Source: Octopus sinensis (taxonomy: Eukaryota). Taken from it: DNA of 64,000 bases. The position numbers were made by a program, and so were the translations under genes. Positions 37,112 through 49,921 of this stretch are shown here, in pieces (positions within the stretch are counted from its first letter, which is position 1; every line of letters starts with the position of its first letter). The notes beneath the pieces are model-generated. The model saw nothing but the letters and a program-made list of their open reading frames with translations. It ran no database searches and had not been told where the DNA came from. The stretch lies in the NCBI RefSeq assembly GCF_006345805.1, contig NC_043007.1, positions 21,948,001-22,012,000 of the forward strand, written 5' to 3'.

Positions 37112-38050
37112 AGAAAATAGTAAAGTGTGAAAAAACGACAGAAGGCTTAAATGTTAAAAAATATATATATTTGTGTCAAAATGTCTGGAGAATATTGGAA
37201 AAATTTTTTTCCTTTCCTTAAAATGACATAATTTTAAAATTTTTAAAGAAATTACCGGTTTCGCGTGTAGCTTTTCAAATTTCTTGTGACGTTATGTTTA
37301 TATTGCATGGAATTATCGTTGTTTTTATTTCCAGGAGATTTCTAAATAAGGGGAGGTAGTGAGTGATTTTTTCCGGTGTAGGGGAGATAATCGCTTAAAA
37401 AATTTTTTTTTCCATTTCCTTGTTAATTTCTCTGTGTCAGTATGTTCGGATGGTTGAGTCTGGGTTTGTACTTTTCAATGAAGAATGTTTCCTTGTTCAG
37501 TCTCATTTGTGTTGATGATCCGAAAGCACATTGGTAAAATGGGAAGATTAAAAATTGTGGCAGTAGTTGCTTTGCGCATTTCTCAATGTGCTCACTAAAA
37601 GGTATCATTCTATATTCTGGAATGCAATCTGTTGTCGATGCAGTGTGCATCTGCGCCTGAGTGATAGTCCCGTGGAACCCACGTAGTCTTGGTGGCAGCC
37701 CGAGCATTTAATAACATAAATTATGTTTTCAGAGGCACAAGTAAAGTTAGATTTGATCTTAAATTTCTGTCCCTCTTTAAAGAGGAATTCTGATCCTTCC
37801 AATAGGTTAGGACATGTTGCACAGTTCGATCTACCACATTTTTTTACTTTTGCATCCGTAATTTTAGAAGACAATTTTGCCTTTGTGAGAATCTTTTTAA
37901 GTGATTTAGGCTGTTTGTAGCTTTTAATGATTTGGTGTATGTTTAGAATTTCCTTTAATTTTGGGTTTTTATGAAGTATTGGTAAATTCTGGGTGATGAT
38001 GGTGAAGGCTTCTTTGTTTCTGGGGTTGTATGTAGATATGTAAGGTAGTA
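37107..38050 (-). mobile_element. Penelope-like element 3' part (linker + GIY-YIG endonuclease + 3' region), left arm, one frameshift
   Basis: Reverse complement of 38052-38995; a C is missing near 37620. Confidence 0.9.
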
Positions 38051-38051
38051 T

Positions 38052-38995
38052 TACTACCTTACATATCTACATACAACCCCAGAAACAAAGAAGCCTTCAC
38101 CATCATCACCCAGAATTTACCAATACTTCATAAAACCCAAAATTAAAGGAAATTCTAAACATACACCAAATCATTAAAAGCTACAAACAGCCTAAATCAC
38201 TTAAAAAGATTCTCACAAAGGCAAAATTGTCTTCTAAAATTACGGATGCAAAAGTAAAAAAATGTGGTAGATCGAACTGTGCAACATGTCCTAACCTATT
38301 GGAAGGATCAGAATTCCTCTTTAAAGAGGGACAGAAATTTAAGATCAAATCTAACTTTACTTGTGCCTCTGAAAACATAATTTATGTTATTAAATGCTCG
38401 GGCTGCCACCAAGACTACGTGGGTTCCACGGGACTATCACTCAGGCGCAGATGCACACTGCATCGACAACAGATTGCATTCCCAGAATATAGAATGATAC
38501 CTTTTAGTGAGCACATTGAGAAATGCGCAAAGCAACTACTGCCACAATTTTTAATCTTCCCATTTTACCAATGTGCTTTCGGATCATCAACACAAATGAG
38601 ACTGAACAAGGAAACATTCTTCATTGAAAAGTACAAACCCAGACTCAACCATCCGAACATACTGACACAGAGAAATTAACAAGGAAATGGAAAAAAAATT
38701 TTTTAAGCGATTATCTCCCCGACACCGGAAAAAATCACTCACTACCTCCCCTTATTTAGAATCTCCTGGAAATAAAAACAACGATAATTCCATGCAATAT
38801 AAACATAACGTCACAAGAAATTTGAAAAGCTACACGCGAAACCGGTAATTTCTTTAAAAATTTTAAAATTATGTCATTTTAAGGAAAGGAAAAAAATTTT
38901 TCCAATATTCTCCAGACATTTTGACACAAATATATATATTTTTTAACATTTAAGCCTTCTGTCGTTTTTTCACACTTTACTATTTTCTTATATAT
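38052..38995 (+). mobile_element. Penelope-like element 3' part, right arm; GIY-YIG ORF 38227-38679
   Basis: KCGRSNCATC Cys motif, NIIYVIKC..C..DYVGST..LRRR...H, LNKETFFIEKYKPRLN; ends in TA repeat. Confidence 0.9.
38815..38854 (+). ncRNA. minimal type I hammerhead-like motif in the PLE 3' region (mirror copy 37246-37285, minus)
   Basis: AAGAAAU-UUGAAAA-GC(UACAC)GC-GAAA-CCGG-UA-AUUUCUU; 7-bp stem I, palindromic ACCGGU; two core transitions. Confidence 0.55.
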
Positions 38996-39028
38996 TCACC
39001 CACGTGCTTTACCAAACAAACTTTCTTA

Positions 39029-39079
<51 letters not shown>

Positions 39080-39363
39080 GTTGGTATGTATTCTTTTACT
39101 TGTTTCAGTCATTTGACTCAGCCATGCTGGAGCACTGCCTTAAAAGGTGTTGGTCGAAGAAATCAACCCTAGGACTTATTCTGTTTAAGCTTAGTACTGT
39201 ATGTGCGTGTGTGTGTGTGGTGGTGGTGGTGGGGATTAGGAAAGGCACCTAGTTGTAGAAACCAAGCGAAATCAGAGTTGAACCTGGTGCAGTTCGCCAG
39301 CTTGTCAGCTCTGGTCAGACTGCCCAAGCCATGCCAGCGTGGAAAACGAAAGATAAAGGATAA

Positions 39364-39397
<34 letters not shown>

Positions 39398-40361
39398 TCA
39401 TCATCATTTAACGTCCGCTTTCCATGCTAGCATGGGTTGGATGATTTGATTGAGGACTGGCAAACCAGATGGCTGCACCAGACTCCAATCTTGATCTGGC
39501 AGAGTTTCTACAGCTGGATGCCCTTCCTAACGCTAACCACTCCGAGAGTGTAGTGGGTGCTGCATTTCCACTCATTTTCTGTCTACCAAATTAACTCACA
39601 TAGCATTGAACAGCCCATGGTTATAGTAGTAGATATTTGCCCCAAGTGCCGTACAGTGGGACTGAAACCGAGACCATTTGGTTGGAAAGCAAGCCTCTTA
39701 ACCCCACAGTTACACTTGTGCCTGTATGGTGAGATGAAACAAATAAATAAAAACCATTGAAATGTATTATTTATGGAAGAAATTTTAATACACAATATAA
39801 ATAAAAATAAATATATAAGTTAAATAATTTGTTAAATAAATATAAAATTCTCTTTGATTATTTTACATATATTTTCAGATTTGTATTATTATAATATAAT
39901 TCTGATTGTATCTTGAAGATATTGGAGTACTTTTTGAAAAATAGTTTTGTGTACTTGTTGAATAGTCTCAGCTGCTGTTGTTGTAGTTGTTATTGTTGTA
40001 TGACCACCTTTAATCAACCCTGATTGAGCTGACCAGAGGTAGGTAAGTCGTCAGATGGACAAATGAGAACGACTTATAGACCTCTTGTTTCACACACTCC
40101 ATGTCCTCCATGAACTTCCTGACCATCATGGACTCAGGTCTTCTGCTACATCCATGGACTGACCAAAGTGTCGTGGGTAGATTTTGTAAATAGAAAGTGA
40201 AAGTAGCTTGTTAATATGTGTATGCATGTGTGTGTGCGCATGCACATGTAAGATACTTTCGCTTTGCCTTAGATTAATGTGATAGTTGTAAACGAATGTC
40301 ACCCTCATACAAGCAGTGTCCTCCATTTCCAGTCTTCTGATCATGGTGAAATATTACCTTT

Positions 40362-40592
40362 AAGGCGGCAAGCTGGCAGAAATGTTAGCACGCCAGGCAA
40401 AATGCGTAGCCATATTTCGTCTGTCATTACGTTCTGAGTTCAAATTCCTCCGAGGTCGAATTTGGCTTTCATCTTTTCGGCGTCGATTAAATAAGTACCA
40501 GTTACACACTGGAGTCGATGTAATCGACTTAATCCATTTGTCTGTCCTTGTTTGTCTCCTCTATGTTTAGCCCCTTGTGGGTGGTAAAGAAA
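40362..40592 (+). mobile_element. family 1 SINE with 16-bp TSD
   Basis: GGTGAAATATTACCTT on both sides. Confidence 0.85.
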
Positions 40593-41106
40593 CAGGTGAA
40601 ATATTACCTTACTTGGGCACAGGTGAGGGTTGGCAAAAGGAAGGCCATTCAGCTATAGAAAATCTGCCTCAACCGATTCTGTCCAACCCATGCAAGCATG
40701 GAGAAGTGGACATTAAAACAATGATGATGAGGTAGACTCTGGCATGAAGTAGTTAACGATATAGGGGAGCAGCCTGAACATGTGCTCTCCTCATTGTCCA
40801 CTCTGTTTCTGTATACCCATAGATCCTGGTCCTAGTGTTGACCACAACAGAAGGGGCAAGTCAGACGGCACTATGTGTGGAGTCAGGTAATTGAATACTC
40901 TGGCAATTAGATTATCCACAGATCTGACTAGTGAGATTTCTTGTAGTCATTCCCTTTACTGTTGTAACAGCAAATGGTCCCTATTAAATTCTCATCCATG
41001 CTGGAAACGTGGATTATGTTAAAATGGTTTAAACAGGGGAATTGATAGTTTCCTGTGTTTTCGGTTCAAATTTCCTGTAGGTCCTACTATTTGACACTTT
41101 TAGAAT

Positions 41107-42138
41107 TCATTTTAAGTAAGGCAGATCATTGTTATGAGTATTTACACATTGGGGTGGATATTTATCCATAATCTTATATAAAATGTTTTCATTCAGAGTG
41201 GGGGATCCATCAACGGGTTGTAGATGTAATATTTTGTCCATGTTTTGATTGCAGGAATTAGATTTCCCTAAAATGAAATCAGTGTTGTCTAACTGCATGT
41301 TATTTACAGTTTCAGTCCCAAAATTAAAGTTGCTAATTCTGTCAAGAAATCCATCACCGTTTCTATTAGTATATGCGCCGCCGTGGTTGATGTTGCTGTT
41401 TAGTCTTGGAAAAGCATTAAAGTCAATGTTGTTACTGAAGCTGGTACCATTACTTACATCAACAGGTGCACCAAGGTCGATGTTGTTATATATATCAGTA
41501 AATACATCATCCTGATTGATGTTGTAATTTACATAAGATGACGAACCAAAATTTGTGTTGTTATTTGCAAAAGTGGATGTTTGGGAGTTCTCGTTATCAC
41601 TCCAGTCAAAAGCAGTCTCAGAACCGGCAGAATCATAACTAGTAAGACTATACTGTGAACCAGACATAACACTGGAGGGAGACGTGCTTGAAATGTCAGA
41701 GCAGCTACTGAAACTTCCACTGATATCCAGATTATTTGATCCAGGAAGGCAATAAAAGCCATTAAAGCTCGAAGAAATTTTAGATTGATCGTATTTTTGA
41801 TCAGAAACATTTACAGGAGAGGATGCTTCAAAGGAAGCCGATGGATAATAAATTGGCTGTTGATAAGCATTAAATGTATTTGTATGTGCAGGTGTGTTAT
41901 TGATAAGATTATCATTCAGGTAATTTCCTTCATACGTTTCCGTTTGGGGATACGTTTGCCTTGTCCAGTCCTGAGTAATATCCCTGAAGCTAGGATGGCC
42001 ATAAAGTTCATTGGAGTTGATGTCTCTAACTTCATCTGTGAGATTAGACAACAGCCTTCCCATATTTTGTTTCATATTTGTAAGCATCGTTACGATGCTT
42101 TTTAACATTATTTGTTTTTTTTCTTCTTCCAAGAGATT
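41107..42138 (-). CDS. ATF3/Fos-family bZIP gene, last coding exon (zipper + long Ser/Asn-rich tail, 343 aa)
   Basis: Acceptor TTTTATCAATTTCAG; phase 0; L48/L55/M62 heptad in register with c-Fos; open to TAA. Confidence 0.85.
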   Translation of the reverse strand, partial: NLLEEEKKQIMLKSIVTMLTNMKQNMGRLLSNLTDEVRDINSNELYGHPSFRDITQDWTRQTYPQTETYEGNYLNDNLINNTPAHTNTFNAYQQPIYYPSASFEASSPVNVSDQKYDQSKISSSFNGFYCLPGSNNLDISGSFSSCSDISSTSPSSVMSGSQYSLTSYDSAGSETAFDWSDNENSQTSTFANNNTNFGSSSYVNYNINQDDVFTDIYNNIDLGAPVDVSNGTSFSNNIDFNAFPRLNSNINHGGAYTNRNGDGFLDRISNFNFGTETVNNMQLDNTDFILGKSNSCNQNMDKILHLQPVDGSPTLNENILYKIMDKYPPQCVNTHNNDLPYLK

Positions 42139-42979
42139 CTGAAATTGATAAAAGAAAGAAAAATTAAATCCAGGTTTTTACTTAACATTTCAGAAAGTTT
42201 AGTATGTATAAAAAAAGCACAAGAGGTTACAATATGTTATTCTTTTATTCTTTTACTTGTTTCAGTCATTTGACTATGGCCATGTTGGAGCAAATCGACC
42301 CCAGGACTTATTCTTTCTAAGCCTAGTACTTATTCTATCAGTCTCTTTTGCTGAACCGCTAAGTTATGGGAACATAAACACACCAGCATTGGTTGTCAAG
42401 CAATGTTGGGGGACAAACACACACACACATATATATATATATATACGACGGGCTTCTTTCAGTTTCCACCTACCAAATCCACTCACAAGACTTTGGTCGG
42501 CCCGAGGCTATAGTAGAAGACACTTGCCCAAGGTGCCATTCGGAGGGACTGAACCCAGAACTATGTGGTTGGTAAGCAAGCTATTTACCACAGCAGGAAT
42601 CTTTTAGAGAGATATTCTTCCCAAAGTGTAAGTTGTTTATGAGTTTGCAAATGGTGTTGTATGGACTTTGACTTTGACAAGCATGCATAACTGATTGATT
42701 AATTATTGACCAAATTATTCAATCAAAGAACTGAATAGTTCATTGGTTAAATAGTCATCCAATTAACAAATAATAAAGAAACAAAATAGAGCCAGTGTGT
42801 GTATGTTCATCAGTGGCCCAATGACCCTCCCTAGATACAACAAAGTCTCATATAATATTCTTCCCTCTAAATGATGACACTAGCACCATCTCAAAACATT
42901 GCCCCAAACTAACATACCAGCGATTAATTGAAATACAAATAATGTAATATACAGTATTAGTAAAGTATCGACTACTTAC

Positions 42980-43087
42980 AGCTTGAGAAAGCCTTTCTTC
43001 ACATTTTTTCTTGTTGCGACATTTAGCAGCGGCTCTCCGGTTCTGTTCTCGGCGCTTCTCTTTCTTCATCTCTTCATCGGGTCTCAA
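42980..43087 (-). CDS. ATF3/Fos-family bZIP gene, basic-region exon (108 bp, phase 0-0)
   Basis: LRPDEEMKKEKRREQNRRAAAKCRNKKKCEERLSQA; acceptor TTTTTGAACAG, donor GTAAGT; same size and phase as the c-Fos basic-region exon. Confidence 0.9.
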
Positions 43088-43629
43088 CTGTTCAAAAAGA
43101 CAAAACAGTTGTCATTAGTACTCAGAACATTTCTCCTCTTCCACCACCGACTTCATTATTTTCAGTATTGGCTTCAAGTGTCATACACATGCTCTTTTAC
43201 TCTTTTACTCTTTTACTTGTTTCAGTCATTTGACTGTGGCCATGCTGGAGCGCCGCCTTTAGTCGAGCAAATCGACCCCAGGACTTATTCTTCGTAAGCG
43301 CAGTACTTATTCTATCGGTCTCTTTTGCCAAACTGCAAAGTTACGGTGACTTAAACACACCAGCATCGGTTCTCAAGCGATGTTGGGGGGGACAAACACA
43401 GACACACAAATATATACATACATATGTACACACACACGTACACACACACACACACACACGCATATATATACGATGGGCTTCTTTCAGTTTCCGTCTACCA
43501 GATCCACTCACAATGCTTTGGTTGGCCTAAGACTGTAGTAGAAGATACTTGCGCAAGGTGCCACACAGTGGGACTGAACCCAGAGCAATGTTGTTCGGAA
43601 GCAAGCTTCTTACCACACAGCCACACCTG

Positions 43630-43648
43630 CACCTATATATATATATAC

Positions 43649-43691
<43 letters not shown>

Positions 43692-43739
43692 TATATATAT
43701 GTATGTATGTATATATATATATATATTATATATATATAT

Positions 43740-43792
<53 letters not shown>

Positions 43793-43830
43793 CAGAGAGA
43801 CAGACAGACAGACAGATAGATAAACAGATA
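43630..43830. repeat. compound (TA)n/(GATA)n/(GACA)n microsatellite
   Basis: Direct reading. Confidence 0.95.
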
Positions 43831-44055
43831 AACGGACAGACATAAACACACACATACAGAACAGGCTTCTTTCAGTTTCCGTCTCCCAGTCTCACTCATA
43901 AGGTATTGGTCAGTTCTGTGGTTACAGTAGCGCATACCACCAGACAGTATCCATACCGTGGTATCTGTCAGGTTCAATGATAAAACTGGTAGATTATTTT
44001 GGGCCAGATATGGGCCAGTTTAAATGCTTAAGGGTTAAGAGGTAATAAAACTTAC

Positions 44056-44226
44056 TCGATATTTTTTCTCTCCAGTAAATGTAGTATTAATCGGGCTCAG
44101 TCCATTGGCATGTCTTTTATTCAGGATGTTAAGCTTCAAATACTGCTTGGTCATAGGACTAGCAGAATTCTGCAGCTGACATTGTTTCAGGCATTCTTCA
44201 ATCTCCGGATCAAGTTTTGTATACAT
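44056..44226 (-). CDS. ATF3/Fos-family bZIP gene, first coding exon (57 aa)
   Basis: Acceptor ...TTAG|GTCAAAATG, donor CGA|GTAAGT, phase 0; SPMTKQYLKLNILNKR resembles the ATF3 N-terminal PxxKEELRxxIQxK motif. Confidence 0.75.
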
Positions 44227-44280
44227 TTTGACCTAATTTAAAGAAGGAAAGAAAAAAAGCTCAATACATATATATATATA

Positions 44281-45135
44281 ATAATAATATTAGGGAGTAA
44301 ATCCAAACTTACAGGGAAAAATTAGATTTAGGATTAAATCTAATTTCACAGTATAAATATTAATTTAAATTAGAGATAAAACCACTATTAGGTAAATCAA
44401 ACAGTGAAAAACATAAACCAAAATATAAAAATAAAAATAATTAATATAATATACAAAATATATAAAAAATATAAAATTTAAATTATTTAAATTTAAAATT
44501 ATTAATTTAAATTTATAATTTTTTATATTTTAAAAAATATTTTTAAAATTTAGATTAATAAATTTTTTAATTTTTAAACTTAAAAAAAATTTTTTTTATT
44601 TAAATATATATAACTATCAAAAGGTATTAAAAAGATTAATATAAGATAATGATTTGCCTAATAGTGGTTTTATCTCTAATTTAATTTATATATATACATA
44701 TATATATAATAATAATATTAGGGAGTAAATCCAAACTTACAGGGAAAAATTAGATTTAGGATTAAATCTAATTTCACAGTATAAATATAATTTAAATTAG
44801 AGATAAAACCACTATTAGGTAAATCAAACAGTGAAAAACATAAACCAAAATATAAAAATAAAAATAATTAATATAATATACAAAATATATAAAAAATATA
44901 AAATTTAAATTATTTAAATTTAAAATTATTAATTTAAATTTATAATTTTTTATATTTTAAAAAATATTTTTAAAATTTAGATTAATAAATTTTTTAATTT
45001 TTAAACTTAAAAAAAATTTTTTTTATTTAAATATATATAACTATCAAAAGGTATTAAAAAGATTAATATAAGATAATGATTTGCCTAATAGTGGTTTTAT
45101 CTCTAATTTAATTTATATATATACATATATATATA
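44281..45135. repeat. 428-bp near-perfect tandem duplication of an extremely AT-rich foldback element
   Basis: Units start 44291 and 44719; each carries inverted AAATTAGAGATAAAACCACTA / TAGTGGTTTTATCTCTAATTT. Confidence 0.9.
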
Positions 45136-45270
45136 TAAAATAGTGTACATTTAAACACAAGAGAAATTACCTATAACAGGCAATTTCTACACGCTAGGAG
45201 ACAGTCAAAATGACCAAAAACCATAAAATTTAAGCAATTTCAAAGGGAATGAAAAAATGTAAACTTTTAC

Positions 45271-45410
45271 CTTGCTTTTACAGTTATACCTATAAGTTTC
45301 GGATTTTTTTAGTAAATAAAATAATTTACAAGGCAAATCTTCATCAATAACTGAGCCATCCAAGACTAACCGATAATTATGAGACCAATAGCACGCGTCT
45401 CATCTTTATA
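45271..45410 (-). promoter_or_regulatory. candidate TATA and non-coding first exon of the bZIP gene
   Basis: Minus-strand TATAAA at 45410-45405; donor CAAG|GTAAAA at 45271/45270; sequence-only inference. Confidence 0.25.
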
Positions 45411-45777
45411 TGTTATAATTTTTTCAAAATCCACCACGCAAGTTGATTTATATATATCTTATATATATATTATATATGTGGAGGCGCAATGACCCAGTGG
45501 TTAGGGCAGTGGACTCACGGTTGTAGGATCGCGGTTTCGATTCCCAGACCAGGCGTTGTGAGTGTTTATTGAGCGAAAACACCTAAAGCTCCACAAGGCT
45601 CCGGCAGGGGGTGGTGGCGATCCCTGCTCTACTCTTTCACCACAACTTTCTCTCACTCTCTCTTCTGTTGACTTGCTCGCTTAGCCAGCAGGGCGGCGTC
45701 ATTGAAGGCTAAGACAGTGCGAAGCGCATTGTGACCAGCGATGTGTAACAACATCTGATAGCCAGGTCAGTCACGGT

Positions 45778-45854
<77 letters not shown>

Positions 45855-46799
45855 ACCATAGATAATTCAAAAAGAAAAAAAATGAATAATTTCAAATGTT
45901 ATCCATATTGATTTTTATTAATTTACTTCAGCAATAGGGCCTTGTCACGGGGCTGGAAGAAATGTCGCTAGGCATTTTGTCCGAAACTCTAATAATTCTA
46001 TAAACTTTCAGCTTTTTTAAAATCTTTTTGAATTTATTGGAAACCATTGGCATTCTAGCACGATATTTGGAGCTAGGGTTACCATATGGAAATTATTTTA
46101 AAGGCTGTTCAAGTTTTATATTTTGGGGGACTAAATAGGAAATATTTGTTTTAAGGTGGTTTTGAAATACAGTTTTAAAGCTTTGTTGATGTGTTTAGAT
46201 GTTACTAGAAATGCATTTAGAAATAACTAGATTGTGAAGATAGAGTGGTTTGTGCCAAATTCCGCATGAACTCTCATTGTAATTTTACAATCTACATCGA
46301 CTTATCAACTAAGAGCAATGTTCATTATTACATTGTATGAAGTTCAAAATATCGTTTAATTTCACTTTGTCTAACAATTATGTACAAATAAAAAATATAT
46401 TCACTTTCAACTGTTTTGTGGTCAGTATTTCTGAAGAGAGAACATGCTAAAACTGGTGCCTTCACATGGAATTATTTTACCAAAAAAAAATTTTTTTAAA
46501 TGGTAAATTTATTAATTTTCTTTTTTGATTTTTCATCACATAATATTTCAGCTTTTATTTTTTACTTGTTTCAGTCATTGGACTGTCGCCATGCTAGGGT
46601 ACCCCTTTGATGGATTTCAGTCCCCTAAAAAGTCCACCCTGGTACTTGTTTTTTTAAAGTTTGATACCTATTTTATCAGTCTCTATCGCTGAACTGCTAA
46701 GTTATGGAGTCATAAACAAACCAACACAGTTTGACATGTGGTAACGAGGGGAAAACATAAACACAAAGACACACACAATTTATATATATCTATCTACAC

Positions 46800-46816
46800 A
46801 CACACATATATATATG

Positions 46817-46876
<60 letters not shown>

Positions 46877-46929
46877 ATATATACATTATATATATCTATA
46901 CATATATATACATATATACATATATACAA

Positions 46930-46961
<32 letters not shown>

Positions 46962-46982
46962 GTATATATATATATAATATAT

Positions 46983-47035
<53 letters not shown>

Positions 47036-47070
47036 ATATGTATATATGTATATATGTATTGATATATATA

Positions 47071-47118
<48 letters not shown>

Positions 47119-47140
47119 ATATATATACGTATGCATATAT
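46800..47140. repeat. long imperfect (TA)n/(CA)n microsatellite
   Basis: Direct reading. Confidence 0.95.
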
Positions 47141-47510
47141 ATGATATTAATGATTGCTTGCAGAATGCAAACTCTTTCCAGACAGACCTTTTCAGAACCT
47201 TGAAATGTCAATGAAGAATGGTTTAGATGGAGGAAAGAAAGACGAAATGATGACTAGAGAACCATAGGCAGACAGACAACAGTTACATTCCGTTTATGGA
47301 AAGTAAAGAGTGAAATCAATTCATATGCTAGAAAAACAAAATAATTATCTTCTAGTGTGAGCAGTCAAAAATATGACGGAATTATAAATTGAAACCAACA
47401 AAAAGAAGTATGTCAGTTATTGGGTGAGGGGAAATAACTTTGTTATGAAGTATAAGCAATATTAATGAGATTGAGAAGGTTGAAAATAAAATAAGTGGGA
47501 TTAAAATATA

Positions 47511-48077
47511 TTGGGTTGTCCGGAAGGTTCGTACCGGTTTTTAAAGGAAAGAAAAAGGTCAATGAATATTTGCCATTACATTTTTAATCAACCAAATATG
47601 AACCATTTTGTTGCACAATGCATCTCCATCTTTCCTTTAACTTGAAAATACCATCTTCCCAGAATTGTGGTGGTTTCATGGCAAAGAATTCATCAAGGTA
47701 TCTTTTTACGTCATCCAAGGAATTGAAATTTTTACCATTAAGACTATTCTGCAGAGACCTGAATAAGTGGAAATCCAAAGGAGCAATATCTGGTGAATAT
47801 GGAAGGTGGGGTAACACATCCCAGCCAAGCTGTAGCAATTTTTGTCTGGTTCCCAAAGCATCAAGTGCCAAAAATGAAACTTTCTTATCTTCCATTTTAA
47901 AGGGTTACAGAATTAACACAGGTTATAGGAACATAAACCTTCTTCCACTAAAAGATGGCTTAAACTGTGCTCTAAATGGAGGTATAGTCAAATCTTATTT
48001 TATGGACTCAACCATGTTCTAAAATAAGTCGAAATGTAAGCTACTATAAATCGGCATGAACTTTCCGGACAACCCAA
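47511..48077 (-). mobile_element. internally deleted mariner element
   Basis: TA TSDs; TIR TTGGGTTGTCCGGAA; PYSPDIAPLDFHLF...RWRCIVQQNGSY. Confidence 0.9.
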
Positions 48078-48204
48078 TATTTATGAATTTGTTCTGCAAG
48101 ATTCTTGATGTGAAACTGTGTGTTGCAACAAATATTGTTATATTTCAGGGTAGTCACTTTTTTTTTCTTGCCCAATAAACACACGCTCCGTCATATAGAA
48201 AATT

Positions 48205-48465
48205 ACTCGTTTACTTGTTTCAGTCATTTGACTGTGGCCATGCTGGAGCACCACCTGTTTTAGTCGAGCAAATCGACCCCAGGACTTATTCTTTGAAAGC
48301 CTAGTACTTATTCTATCGGTCTCTTTTGCTGAACTGCTAAGTTACGGGGATGTAAACACAAAGAATAAGTCCTGGGGTCGATTTGCTCGACTAAAAGCGG
48401 TGCTCCAGCATGGCCACAGTCAAATGACTGAAACAAGTAAACAAGTAAACGAGTAAAAGAGTAGC
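48205..48465. mobile_element. foldback of family 2 SINE 3' ends
   Basis: Antisense 48205-48360 joined to sense 48361-48465. Confidence 0.85.
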
Positions 48466-49215
48466 TAATGATTGGAAATGGGTAACTCTGAGTATTGGAA
48501 ATCGGAGCCTTTCAGTTATAATGTATTAACGGATACTCTGCACTTGTATTGAGTCCTTTATTGCTTCTGGTGGATCAAAACACACACACACACACACATA
48601 CACGTACAATTATGTTCTGCAGACAAAAGCTGATAAGAGATAAAGCAGTAGGCAATGACACTGACATTAAAATATTTAAAAGATAAGATGAACTTCCCCA
48701 TAGATTGGAAAAAGTTTCTATTGTTCATGAATTCTACGTATGTACGTATGTGTGTATATATGTATGGGTGTATGTATGTATGTGTGTGTGAGTGTATGTG
48801 TATGTATGTATGTATGTGTATGTATGTTTGTGTGTGTGTATGTATGTATGTATGTATATATGTAAGTATGTATGTATATATGTGTATCTATGTATTTATT
48901 TATGTACGATAGTGTGAGTGCATGTATAAATGTATCTGTGTTTGTACTTATAAATGTAGGTGTGTATGTGTGTCTGTATCTGCATTCACACATGTGTATA
49001 TTTATACATGTGTAATGTATGTTTAGACACAGCTCAGGCACTCGGTTAAGAAGTTTGCTTTGCACTCACAAGATCCTGGGTTCAATCCATCTCATAACAT
49101 CTTCAGAAAGTATTATTCCTTTTATAACCTTGGGTAAATCTAAGCCTTGTGGGGGGGAGACATAATGTTGATAAAATTTGAATGAAAAATCTGTCCGATG
49201 AATTGTACCTATAGT

Positions 49216-49921
49216 CAAGGGGTTCTCAACCATAGACCCTTTTGATTACTATTTTATTCTAGTAGAACTCCACCCCACTTGCATTTGTTGTTTAAAAACT
49301 AATTTTATAGAAACTTCTTTCAAAATTCCTATGTAAAATGTTAGAGAAAAAAACCTGGCTGTTTCTTGTAGTATATACCAATACAGACATCCAAAGCCGG
49401 GGTTCTCAACCATTTTTTTTATTTATGGACCCCTTTCATTATTATTTTATTCTGGTGAACCCCATAGTTATCCGATGTTTAAAAACTAGTTTCATAGAAA
49501 CTTCTTTCAAAATTCCTATTTCATTTTTCACACATGTTAGAGAAAAAAACCTAGCTGTTTCTTGCAGTACATACCAATACAGACATCAAAAGCAGGGGTT
49601 CTCAACCATTTTTTTTTTTATCTATGGACCCCTTTCATTATTATTTTATTCTGGTGAACCCCATAGTTATTCAATGTTTAAAAACTAGTTTTATAGAAAC
49701 TTCTTACAAAATTCCTATTTTGTTTTTTCACACATTCACTTGTGTAGGGTGAACTATGAAAAATGCTAGAGAAAAAAACCTAGCTATTTCTTGCAATACA
49801 TACATCTGAATCAAAATTTTTTTTTTGCAGGAGCCCTTAAAATACTATTATGGAAAGCCAATTAAAATTTTGTTGTGTGGAACCCCGCAAAATCTTATAT
49901 GGACTCTAGTTGAAAACCACC
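49216..49921. mobile_element. hAT-like MITE with three internal tandem units
   Basis: GGTTCTCAACC repeated at ~49221, 49400, 49597; end GTTGAAAACCAC. Confidence 0.65.
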
